25,532 nucleotides of DNA from Candidatus Nanopusillus sp. Lineage in GTDB: Archaea; Nanobdellota; Nanobdellia; Nanobdellales; Nanobdellaceae. Below the pieces are notes generated by a model. That model was not told the DNA's origin. It saw only the letters and a list, made by a program, of their open reading frames with translations, and made no database searches. The stretch spans positions 1-25,532 of the forward strand of contig JAPWTZ010000007.1 of the NCBI GenBank assembly GCA_028275775.1, given 5' to 3'. Both the position numbers and the translations under genes were made by a program. Positions 1 to 8,341 of the stretch are shown here, one piece after another (the stretch's first letter is position 1; every line of letters begins with the position of its first letter).

Positions 1-396
<396 letters not shown>

Positions 397-470
397 TCGG
401 CGGATTTCCGCCGCGGGCCTAGCCCGAAAAGTACGGCCGCAGATTCCGCTGCAATTATCCCCTTTCAGAT
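397..470 (-). other. G+C-rich pre-rRNA 5' leader (probable processing-stem half)
   Basis: G+C-rich sequence continues about 70 nt upstream of the mature 16S 5' end. It contains a local hairpin, CGGCGG-AUUU-CCGCCG (398-413). Archaeal pre-16S leaders normally pair with the 3' trailer to form a bulge-helix-bulge processing stem, but the partner strand is outside this window. Confidence 0.5.
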
Positions 471-485
471 ATACTCTACATATGT

Positions 486-520
486 GCCATGTACATCATA
501 TGGTATATGATGTACATGGC
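486..520. repeat. Perfect 16-bp inverted repeat with a 3-nt spacer (GCCATGTACATCATAT-GGT-ATATGATGTACATGGC)
   Basis: Read directly: 486-501 is the exact reverse complement of 505-520. It lies between the eL41 stop codon (565) and the 16S leader, on the transcribed side of both. Confidence 0.9.
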
Positions 521-564
521 TATATTAACACAATATTACTATAATATTTTAAAAACTTTGATAT

Positions 565-681
565 TTATAAAGCTCTCATTCTAGCTATTTTTCTTAATCT
601 TTTTTCTTCTCTAATTCTTCTTCTCTGCCATTTCCATCTAGATCTTAAGTATTTTTTCCATCTTCTAGAACTTCTTCTCAT
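565..681 (-). CDS. rpl41e: Ribosomal protein eL41 (L41e), 38 aa; absent from the supplied ORF track (too short)
   Basis: Manual translation of the minus strand, ATG at 681-679 to TAA at 567-565, gives MRRSSRRWKKYLRSRWKWQRRRIREEKRLRKIARMRAL. It is extremely basic. The SSRRWKK...RxRWKW...RR motif matches archaeal L41e sequences as I remember them. Confidence 0.75.
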   Translation of the reverse strand: MRRSSRRWKKYLRSRWKWQRRRIREEKRLRKIARMRAL

Positions 682-713
682 TCAAAATAATAAGTGAGAA
701 TAATATTTTTAAA

Positions 714-1694
714 TTATGATAGATTTGCTATACCATCTATAAATCCAAGTATAATACCTAAAGAAATTAATAAAATTCCGACCCATCTTGGTATTCTTTT
801 TTTATATGAAGATACATATAAAATTATGACAGAAATTAATAAAACTAAAAAAGATGAAATAATTGGTATAACATCTTGGCCAGAAAATTTTATTGGAGAT
901 ATCATTCCAAGAATTCCGGTAAATATTGTAAATTCTGATATTTCTTCTCCAGATATTGATGCCATACTAATATTAAGATCCTTCTTTTTAAACCAAGAAA
1001 AATGACCATATAATATATCTGGTAATGTAAATAAAATTAAAGATATAGAATAACCAATTAATGGTATAGGAAGATTTAATCCTTGTAAAGTATTTGAAAT
1101 ATTATTTAATATATTTCCACCAATATATATTATTGATATTGCTAGAGCAATTTCTAAAGAAAAGACTATTGCCTTAAAATATTCATAAAAAGAACTTTTT
1201 GGTATATATATATTTTTTTCACTTTTTCTTCTATATTTATACAATAAAAATATTGAAATTATAATAAATATAAGGTATAAAATAGATCCAGAAAAGAAAT
1301 TTATTTGTTTAAATATTAATACAATGACTTGTGCTATTATTGAAATCATAATTAAGGAAAGTACATTGCTATCAATTATTCCTTTTTTAAAATTAAATGC
1401 TAATATAAAAGTACCTAAAGTAATTGTATAATCTAATACTACATTATATAATTGAAAATAATATCCCAGTTTTGGGTCTCCATTTAATGCTACTACTAAA
1501 CCTGGTAAAAAAGATTGTAAAGCGGAGGCCATTCCTGCTGTATATATTAATAAATAATGTTCTGGCCATGAAGAATAATATTTTGAATATTTTCCAATAT
1601 ATTTTAATATAATGTTTTCAGATAAATATATTAGAAAAGCATATATAAGTAAAGGAACAAGGGTTGATATTATAATTATTAAGTAATTTGTCAT
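714..1694 (-). CDS. Polytopic integral membrane protein (~10 hydrophobic segments); possibly a very divergent cation/Ca2+ exchanger-like transporter
   Basis: 326-aa ORF that is hydrophobic throughout. Two internal segments (SALQSFLPGLVVALNGDPKLG and SGEEISEFTIFTGILG) loosely resemble CaCA alpha-repeats (GTSxPEL...) but are degenerate. The family assignment is weak. Confidence 0.7.
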   Translation of the reverse strand: MTNYLIIIISTLVPLLIYAFLIYLSENIILKYIGKYSKYYSSWPEHYLLIYTAGMASALQSFLPGLVVALNGDPKLGYYFQLYNVVLDYTITLGTFILAFNFKKGIIDSNVLSLIMISIIAQVIVLIFKQINFFSGSILYLIFIIISIFLLYKYRRKSEKNIYIPKSSFYEYFKAIVFSLEIALAISIIYIGGNILNNISNTLQGLNLPIPLIGYSISLILFTLPDILYGHFSWFKKKDLNISMASISGEEISEFTIFTGILGMISPIKFSGQDVIPIISSFLVLLISVIILYVSSYKKRIPRWVGILLISLGIILGFIDGIANLS

Positions 1695-1730
1695 AAAAGA
1701 TTAATAACTATCAAGATTTAATAATTTTTT

Positions 1731-2246
1731 ATGGATGATTGTATATATTGTAAAATTGCAAATAAAATGGTATCATCTTATATTTTATATGAAGATAATG
1801 ATATAATATGTGTATTGGATATTTTGCCACCTTCAAAAGGATCTTTTTTGGTATTTCCAAAATCACATATAGAAGATTATACAAGTTTAAATGATGAAAT
1901 AAATCAAAAAATGTTTACAATTTCAAAATATATATCAATAATATTAAAAAATAAATTAAAATTTGATGGATTGAATATTTTATTATCTTCTGGGGAAACC
2001 GGACAAAAATATAAACATATTGTTATTCAAGTTATACCAAGATTTAAAGATGACAATATTAGAATTTATTTTAATAGATTTAAAGAAGATCCATCTTTTT
2101 TAGAAGAATTAAAGAATTATATAACTACAGAATTAATAAAGATGAGTCAACAATATTTAAATTCTGAAAATAAAGAAGAAAAGAAAGAAAATAAAAAAGA
2201 AATAGATTATAAATTATTAAATCAATGGTTTGAAAAAAGAATATAA
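1731..2246 (+). CDS. HIT-superfamily protein with a degenerate histidine triad and a Lys/Glu-rich C-terminal tail
   Basis: N-terminal C-I-Y-C-K-I plus ...FLVFPKSH... and ...HIVIQVIPR match the HIT fold signature (CxFCKI / LVIPKxH / HxHxHxxPR). Here the triad reads H96-I-V98-I-Q100. Confidence 0.8.
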   Translation: MDDCIYCKIANKMVSSYILYEDNDIICVLDILPPSKGSFLVFPKSHIEDYTSLNDEINQKMFTISKYISIILKNKLKFDGLNILLSSGETGQKYKHIVIQVIPRFKDDNIRIYFNRFKEDPSFLEELKNYITTELIKMSQQYLNSENKEEKKENKKEIDYKLLNQWFEKRI

Positions 2247-2269
2247 ATAAATATTTTAAAGATTATTCT

Positions 2270-4000
2270 ATGGCAGATCTTAAGGATGATATATTGAATA
2301 GTGAATATAAAGATAGAGTAATGGGAATAATGGAATTTAAAGAAAAGAATGAGAATATAATGAATTTATTGAAAGAATTAATTTATTATAGTTCTATAAT
2401 GGTAAGTGAAGATTTATTTGAAAAATATAAGAGGGAAATAGAAGTTTATAAACACTGGATAATAATTTTATCAGATTTTGATTTAAATCCGGAAGAAAAA
2501 ATAAAATTAAAGGCATCATTTACGGAAAAATATTTACAAAAAATAAAAAATGAAAAATTAGATATTTGGTTACATGTTTTATTAATTGAAGATATAAAAA
2601 ATATTGCAATGGATTCAAGATTTGAATTATTAGATCTATTATCAATTGGTAATGTAATATATGATAAAGGAATATTTGAAATATTTAGGTTAACAAATGT
2701 TCATAAGAAATTGGTAATTGATATATTACAAAGATATGTTGTTGCATATGTTTTAGCAGGTTCTCAAGTAAAGGGAAGTAGTGTTGAATCTTCTGATGTA
2801 GATATATATGTTGTAATTGATGATACTGATGTTAAACAACATACATTTGAAGAATTGAAAATAAAATTAATGGATTTAATATTAAATAAGGCAATGGAAG
2901 CAAAATTATTAGTTAACTCTAAGAAAGAATTGCATCCACAGGTTTATACATTAACAGAATTTTGGTTAGCAATGTCAGAATCAAATCCAGTAATAATTAC
3001 ATTCTTAAGGGATGGAATACCATTATATGATAGAGGAATGTTTATTGCATGGAAACAATTATTATTAAAAGGAATTATAAAACCATCACAAGAAGCTGCT
3101 AATAAATATATAACTGCTGCAGAAAATGCGTTAAAAGAAGCTAAAAATAAATTAAAAAATATGATAAATAATTTAATAATTGAAGATTTGGCAGTTGCAA
3201 TGGTTACTTCTGCTCAGGCAGTAATAATGGATGCTGGTTTATTACCTGGAGATCCAAAACAAACCCCTGATATGTTAAAAGAATTATTTGTAGATAAAGG
3301 AATATTGAATATTGAATATGTAAATATGTTATCTGAAGTATGGAAAATGAGAAAAGATTTTGAACATGGTAAAGTTAGTGAATATAAATATGAAGATTTA
3401 ATGAATGTATTTGAAAAGGCTGAGAAATTTATATCTGAAATGAAAAATATAAAGCAAATTATTGATAAAGAAAATGAAAAGAAAATAATAGATAATTATA
3501 TATTAATTTATGAAGAATTAAAAACAAAGTTCCAAGATTTATTTAATGTTGAATATAATAATTATGTAAAAGAAAAAATGCCAATAGAATATAATGGATT
3601 AGAAAGTTTAGAAAATGATATTAAAAATTATAAGGAAAAAAAGTATGATATAATTGAATTGGAAAAATTAAAAGAATCATTATTATATCATATTAGAAAT
3701 ATAAGAAATTTGATTGAAAATAGGAGGGAAGAAATATTATTGAGATTTAAGTATTCTATAATTGATAAAGAAAAAAATAAGAATTATGATCTATATTTAT
3801 CAAAATCAAAATTATATATAGTAACAGAAAATGGGGTTGAAATATATGATTATAATGGGAATAAGATTGGTACATTTAATGATCCGAAATATAGAGAAGA
3901 AATGATTAAAGATATTAGTAAAGATGGTTTAAATTATTTAGATAATAATGTTATTGGTGCATTAAATAAAATATTTAAAGATTATTATATATCAAAATAG
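2270..4000 (+). CDS. Fused Pol-beta-type nucleotidyltransferase (MNT) + HEPN domain protein with extra N- and C-terminal regions
   Basis: NTase motif: AG164S-x10-D176-V-D178-IYVVIDD. Downstream is a helical region beginning SQEAANKYITAAENALKEAKNKL and ending with an R-x4-H motif (R361-KDFE-H366), which is typical of HEPN. About 150 aa N-terminal and 190 aa C-terminal (coiled coil plus a small beta region) are unassigned. Confidence 0.75.
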   Translation: MADLKDDILNSEYKDRVMGIMEFKEKNENIMNLLKELIYYSSIMVSEDLFEKYKREIEVYKHWIIILSDFDLNPEEKIKLKASFTEKYLQKIKNEKLDIWLHVLLIEDIKNIAMDSRFELLDLLSIGNVIYDKGIFEIFRLTNVHKKLVIDILQRYVVAYVLAGSQVKGSSVESSDVDIYVVIDDTDVKQHTFEELKIKLMDLILNKAMEAKLLVNSKKELHPQVYTLTEFWLAMSESNPVIITFLRDGIPLYDRGMFIAWKQLLLKGIIKPSQEAANKYITAAENALKEAKNKLKNMINNLIIEDLAVAMVTSAQAVIMDAGLLPGDPKQTPDMLKELFVDKGILNIEYVNMLSEVWKMRKDFEHGKVSEYKYEDLMNVFEKAEKFISEMKNIKQIIDKENEKKIIDNYILIYEELKTKFQDLFNVEYNNYVKEKMPIEYNGLESLENDIKNYKEKKYDIIELEKLKESLLYHIRNIRNLIENRREEILLRFKYSIIDKEKNKNYDLYLSKSKLYIVTENGVEIYDYNGNKIGTFNDPKYREEMIKDISKDGLNYLDNNVIGALNKIFKDYYISK

Positions 4001-4002
4001 AG

Positions 4003-4347
4003 ATGAAGGGAATAATATTAAATTATAGGATGGGTAGGCATCATATATATCCAAATCAGGTAATAGTAAAATTTGAAAATATAAATGATAAATATGAGGC
4101 AAGTAAATATATTGGGAAGCATGTAATATGGGTAAGTCCTGGAAAGAAAATTTTTATTGGAAAAATTGTTGATATACATGGGAATAAAGGAAATTTAAGG
4201 GTTAGATTTAATAAAGGAATACCTGGACAAGCTTTGGGAGATATTGTTTTATTAATTGATAATATAGATAAAGTAAAAGAAATAAGAGAAAAAATAAAAA
4301 ATGCAAAAGATATAAATCAAATAAGGAGTATTTTAATTAATGCTTAA
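4003..4347 (+). CDS. rpl35ae: Ribosomal protein eL33 (L35Ae)
   Basis: MKGIILNYRMGRHHIYPNQVIVKF...ASKYIGKHVIWVSPGKKIFIGKIVDIHGNKGNLRVRFNKGIPGQALGD follows the L35Ae pattern (G-x-I-x-x-[FY]-R-x-G, GKxVxW, HGxxGxxRxxFxxGLPGxAxG). It has a ~25-aa C-terminal extension. Confidence 0.88.
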   Translation: MKGIILNYRMGRHHIYPNQVIVKFENINDKYEASKYIGKHVIWVSPGKKIFIGKIVDIHGNKGNLRVRFNKGIPGQALGDIVLLIDNIDKVKEIREKIKNAKDINQIRSILINA

Positions 4348-5005
4348 ATTTACTGGAACTGAAGGTTTAATATTTTTTAATAAAATTTTAGTTATTTCTG
4401 ATCTACATATTGGTATAGAAAGAGAATTATATAAAAAAGGAATAAATATACCTTCTCAAGTAAATTATTATATAAATAAAATAAAGAAAATTTATGAAAA
4501 ATATAAAATAAAATATTTAATAATTGATGGAGATTTAAAACATAATATACCTGAAACAAGTTTACAAGAAATTTCAGATATTCCATATTTTATAAATGAA
4601 ATTTCTCAATATTTCAAGAAAATATATATAATAAAGGGAAATCATGATGGAGATATTGAAGAATTAATTAATGGGATAAATAATGTTAAAATTTTGAAGG
4701 CATTAAAAATAAAAAATGTTGTATTTACTCATGGAAATTTAAATACAAAATTAAATGGAAAATATTATGTTATTGGACATCATCATTTTGCAAAAAGTAT
4801 TTCTACAAGTATTGGAGAAAGTATATATGAAAAAGTTTTTGTAATTGGATATAAAGATAATAAAATAATTATAATTTTGCCTGCATTTTCTGATTTAGCT
4901 GGATTGTGGGATGTTGGAGAATTTCAGGGTCCTATTGCAAAGGGAATAGAAAAATATGAAGTATATACTTTGGATGGAATTCTAATTGAAGAAAAGGAAA
5001 TTTAA
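4340..5005 (+). CDS. Calcineurin-like metallophosphoesterase, archaeal SbcD/Mre11-related (PdeM-like) family
   Basis: Ordered motifs: ISDLHIG, IIDGDLKHN, IIKGNHDG, FTHGN, VIGHHH, ILPAFSDLAG. The gene overlaps the eL33 stop by 8 nt, and AGGAG lies about 11 nt upstream of the ATG. Confidence 0.85.
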   Translation: MLKFTGTEGLIFFNKILVISDLHIGIERELYKKGINIPSQVNYYINKIKKIYEKYKIKYLIIDGDLKHNIPETSLQEISDIPYFINEISQYFKKIYIIKGNHDGDIEELINGINNVKILKALKIKNVVFTHGNLNTKLNGKYYVIGHHHFAKSISTSIGESIYEKVFVIGYKDNKIIIILPAFSDLAGLWDVGEFQGPIAKGIEKYEVYTLDGILIEEKEI

Positions 5006-5011
5006 AAAATT

Positions 5012-5689
5012 TTAATATTGTATAACATCGGATAGCCGATGTATTAACCTCACCTCTTCTTCGAAAAGTCTATTTTCTTCTTCTATATGTTCATTTAATT
5101 TATCTATTATTTTTTCTTCTTCTTTAATTAATTTATCTAATTGCTTTAGCTCTTTTTTTATAGCTTTATTTTTAATTCTTCCCATCAATTGTTTTACTAA
5201 ATGTTCATTATCTCTATGTAAACTCATAATATTTAAAAAGATTGTTTTTTCATTTTGTTTTACATTTAAATCCTTTATTATTCTTAACTTTTCTTCTTCT
5301 TTTTTTCTTATATCATTTAATTTACCATGTCGTAAGGCTTCATAATACTCTTTGTTAAGTCTGGATAACTCTCTCTCTAATTGTCCAGTTTCAGCAGATA
5401 CTTTATTATATTCTCTTTGAGCCAATCTATACATTGCATTTATATTTCCTAAAATTCTACAAAATATAATTCTTGAATTATTATCTATAATTACTCTATA
5501 TTCATTATTTTGACAATATGGTCTTATAAACATCTGTTGATACAAAATTGTTAATAATTCGTGAAGATCTCTTAAAAGTTCCTCTCTATCTTCTTTTATT
5601 TTTTTAGATATCTCTTCTTCTTTTTTAAAATAATTTTTGAATTTCTTTATTTTTTCTTTTATTTTTCCTGCTAAACCTTTTAATACCAT
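5012..5689 (-). CDS. Hypothetical coiled-coil protein (Lys/Glu-rich)
   Basis: 225-aa ORF with long heptad-like charged helices. I recognise no catalytic motif. A PspA/ESCRT-III-like architecture is possible but unsupported. Confidence 0.6.
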   Translation of the reverse strand: MVLKGLAGKIKEKIKKFKNYFKKEEEISKKIKEDREELLRDLHELLTILYQQMFIRPYCQNNEYRVIIDNNSRIIFCRILGNINAMYRLAQREYNKVSAETGQLERELSRLNKEYYEALRHGKLNDIRKKEEEKLRIIKDLNVKQNEKTIFLNIMSLHRDNEHLVKQLMGRIKNKAIKKELKQLDKLIKEEEKIIDKLNEHIEEENRLFEEEVRLIHRLSDVIQY

Positions 5690-5762
5690 ATTTTATAAAA
5701 AATTTTCTGGAAAATATAAGTATAACTTTAATAAAGAATGCATTCAAATATATAAATTATCT

Positions 5763-6911
5763 ATGACATATAACCTTAATAAAAAAGTAGAAGAATTATT
5801 CTTTGAAAGATTCAAAGATTTTTATCCAATTCAAAAAATAGCAATTCCTGAAATATTAAATGGAAATAATACTTTAATTGTTGCACCTACAGGATCTGGA
5901 AAAACAGAAGCTGCAATATTACCAGTATTTTCAAAAATATTGGAATTAAAGGAAAAAGGAATTGAAAATCAATTATTGGGAATTTATATATCACCATTAA
6001 GGGCATTGAATAGAGATTTATTGGATAGAATAAAATGGTGGTGTGATAATTTAGGTATATCTGTTGCAGTAAGACATGGGGATACAGAAGAAAAAGAAAG
6101 GGTAAGATTATCTAAAAAACCTGTAGAATTTTTAATAACAACACCAGAAACTTTCCAAATATTATTTTTGGGAAAAAGATTAAGGGAACAATTAAAAACA
6201 GTAAAATATGTAATTGTAGATGAATTACATGAATTATTAAATGAAAAAAGGGGAATACAATTATCTTTGGGTTTAGAAAGATTGGTAAATTATGCTGGAG
6301 AATTTCAAAGGATTGCTCTATCTGCAACAATAGGTGATTTGGATGAAGCTGCAAAATTTATTTTTGGATATAGGAATTATAAAATTGCATATTGGTATGC
6401 AGAGAAAAAATATCATATAGAAGTATATTATCCGGAAATTAGTGAAGAAGATTTAGAATTGGCAAGGAAATATAATTGGAATCCAAAAATAGCATGGAGT
6501 TTAAGAAAAATAAAGGAAATATTGGATAAACATAAATCCGTAATAATATTTGTAAATACAAGAGAAATGGCAGAATTATTATCTTCAAGATTTAAGGTTT
6601 GGTTACCTGAATATAAGATTGAAATACATCATAGTTCTTTGTCAAGGGAAGTAAGGGAAAGAAATGAAAGATTATTTAAGGAAGGAAAAATTAAGGCAAT
6701 TATTGCAACATCTTCTTTAGAACTTGGAATAGATATTGGATATGTTGATGCTGTTATTCAATATAATTCACCTAGACAGGTTACAAGGTTAATACAAAGG
6801 ATTGGAAGAGCTGGTCATAAATTACATGAAGTATCTATTGGATATATAATTACAACAGATATAGATGATTATGCAGAAAGCTTGGCAATTAAAAAGTTTG
6901 CTTTAGAATGA
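5763..6911 (+). CDS. Lhr-like DExH-box helicase, motor core only (RecA1+RecA2, 382 aa)
   Basis: FFERFKDFYPIQKIAIPEILNGNNTLIVAPTGSGKTEAA (Q motif plus Walker A), VDELHEL (DExH), LSAT, and QRIGRAGH (motif VI). I chose the start at M43 of the track ORF (ATG 5763), because the upstream 42 codons overlap the divergent gene and look non-coding. The protein ends about 40 aa after motif VI. It therefore lacks the winged-helix and domain 4 of canonical Lhr cores. Confidence 0.85.
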   Translation: MTYNLNKKVEELFFERFKDFYPIQKIAIPEILNGNNTLIVAPTGSGKTEAAILPVFSKILELKEKGIENQLLGIYISPLRALNRDLLDRIKWWCDNLGISVAVRHGDTEEKERVRLSKKPVEFLITTPETFQILFLGKRLREQLKTVKYVIVDELHELLNEKRGIQLSLGLERLVNYAGEFQRIALSATIGDLDEAAKFIFGYRNYKIAYWYAEKKYHIEVYYPEISEEDLELARKYNWNPKIAWSLRKIKEILDKHKSVIIFVNTREMAELLSSRFKVWLPEYKIEIHHSSLSREVRERNERLFKEGKIKAIIATSSLELGIDIGYVDAVIQYNSPRQVTRLIQRIGRAGHKLHEVSIGYIITTDIDDYAESLAIKKFALE

Positions 6912-7035
6912 AAATTATATTAAAAGTATAATCTTTTTCTATTGAGATTTATTAGAAATTTTTCTAAATGAAGAAACATATGAGACTGCCGAGAACAGAC
7001 TTAATTTTTTAGTATTCTTATAGTGTTTTTGGATT

Positions 7036-8166
7036 TTATATCTGAAAATTATGTAGAAGGCTCTCCATATCATTAAATATATTATCAATTTTTCTCTTAT
7101 TGTGCCATTTTAGTGCTAAATTTCTTATCTTGTATCTATTGCTACGTAAGGAGGTTTGATATTTTTGTGTATATTCATTATAGGCAGTAACTGCTCTATT
7201 TTTTATCTCGTTTTTCCCTTCTTTTTCTAAAATTTTTAGTAAATATGATCTTAAAGGCTCTTTGTAGAGTCTGTTTATCTTAGCTTCTAGCACATCAAGA
7301 TCTTTCATATAATTTTCATATTCATTAATAAAGTCTTTAATATTATCCCTAATTTTTCTTAATAAGTCTATGAGAGGGTCAATATTTCTGGGTGGCTGTT
7401 GTTGCCCTAAATAGTTACTTTGTAAAGTATTAACTAAATTGTCGAAATCATTTTTTAGTTTGGTAATATCCTGCTCAAACTGGTTAACTGTTTTTCTAAG
7501 ATTGTTTTGGAGATTTTTAACATCTTGGGGCGTATGTATATGATATATAAGTTTCTTTAGTTTCTTTATATCACTTGACTGTGAGAGTTTGTAACCATAA
7601 ATAAAAATAATAATAAAGAATATAAATAAAAGGATATAAAAAGCTGATGAAAATAAAAATCCTATAATGTTAGTACCATTGGTTAATAGAACATACAAAA
7701 TAAGAGCAGTAATAATAGTTCCCGTAATACCTCCTATTGTGCTTCCTGTAAGGGTGTGAAAGAGTTTATAAAACCCAAAAAATAATAAGACAATTGCTAA
7801 AATAATGGCAAATAAAATCAATATTGCATGAAAAAATATTGTGAGAAGAAGATCAATAATGAAATAAATTAGAAGTAAAGGCCTATTTATTTCTTTTTGA
7901 GTTATATATGTTATAAAGGCAAGTACTCCAAAAACAAATAGAAAAGGAATTGCAAAACCCAAAACAGATGATCCAAGAGTGGTGGTTAGATACTTTATTA
8001 TTGGAGTGTTTATAATAGAAGATAAATTAAAGAAAGGTGAAAGACCAGATGCTTCTTGTTGAGCTTGAGAAATAATTTGATTTAAATTTGATGCTTGAGC
8101 ATAAATATTTATACCTGGTAATAATATCAAAGAGAGTAAATATTTAATATAATTATTAATTTTCAT
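7036..8166 (-). CDS. Membrane protein: N-terminal signal-like segment, ~5-6 TM helices, ~170-aa C-terminal coiled-coil domain
   Basis: 376-aa ORF. The leader is MKINNYIKYLLSLILLPGINIYAQA. A hydrophobic core includes GFAIPFLFVFGVLAF, related to the motif of the 10839-12656 paralogs. The C-terminal half is charged and helical. Confidence 0.75.
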   Translation of the reverse strand: MKINNYIKYLLSLILLPGINIYAQASNLNQIISQAQQEASGLSPFFNLSSIINTPIIKYLTTTLGSSVLGFAIPFLFVFGVLAFITYITQKEINRPLLLIYFIIDLLLTIFFHAILILFAIILAIVLLFFGFYKLFHTLTGSTIGGITGTIITALILYVLLTNGTNIIGFLFSSAFYILLFIFFIIIFIYGYKLSQSSDIKKLKKLIYHIHTPQDVKNLQNNLRKTVNQFEQDITKLKNDFDNLVNTLQSNYLGQQQPPRNIDPLIDLLRKIRDNIKDFINEYENYMKDLDVLEAKINRLYKEPLRSYLLKILEKEGKNEIKNRAVTAYNEYTQKYQTSLRSNRYKIRNLALKWHNKRKIDNIFNDMESLLHNFQI

Positions 8167-8238
8167 TTTACGTTTATAGTATCTTGGAATTTATAAAAAT
8201 TGTTTCCTTCAGATAGTAAAATTCAAAATCAATTCTTA

Positions 8239-8264
8239 ATATTTAAACAAGATATTTAAACAAG
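8239..8264. repeat. Exact tandem duplication of a 13-mer (ATATTTAAACAAG x2)
   Basis: Read directly at 8239-8251 and 8252-8264. It lies 73-98 nt upstream of the minus-strand start at 8166. On that strand each copy contains TTTAAATAT, which is TATA-like. Confidence 0.85.
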
Positions 8265-8341
8265 GATAATAAAAATTGAAAAGTCACTTAAATTTCGAAA
8301 AAGTTTGTAAAATAAATATTTTATACTAAAAGGATAAATAA

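Noticed and set aside
694-1612. Plus-strand ORFs 694-1005 and 1424-1612
   Set aside because: They are antisense shadows of the 326-aa membrane-protein gene (714-1694, minus). They are shorter and have no motifs. In AT-rich DNA the reverse frames of Ile/Leu/Phe-rich genes often stay open.
5637-5762. N-terminal 42 codons of track ORF 5637-6911 (MNFFIFSFIFPAKPF...)
   Set aside because: This stretch overlaps the start of the divergent coiled-coil gene and has non-protein-like composition. Lhr-type homology begins right after M43 (ATG 5763). The same logic trims 13893-13970 (NFACT start moved to 13971), 18588-18773 (start moved to 18587, where the region is occupied by the CDGSH gene on the other strand) and 12085-12135.
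6968-7010. AAAUGAAGAAAC...CAGA followed by a T-run, sharing the 12-mer AAATGAAGAAAC and the CAGA box with the C/D candidate at 16704-16751
   Set aside because: Only 21 nt separate the putative C and D boxes. That is too short for a normal dual-guide C/D sRNA, and no credible D'/C' pair is present. A shared 12-mer of this composition can occur by chance in such AT-rich DNA. It is worth a look only if small-RNA data exist.
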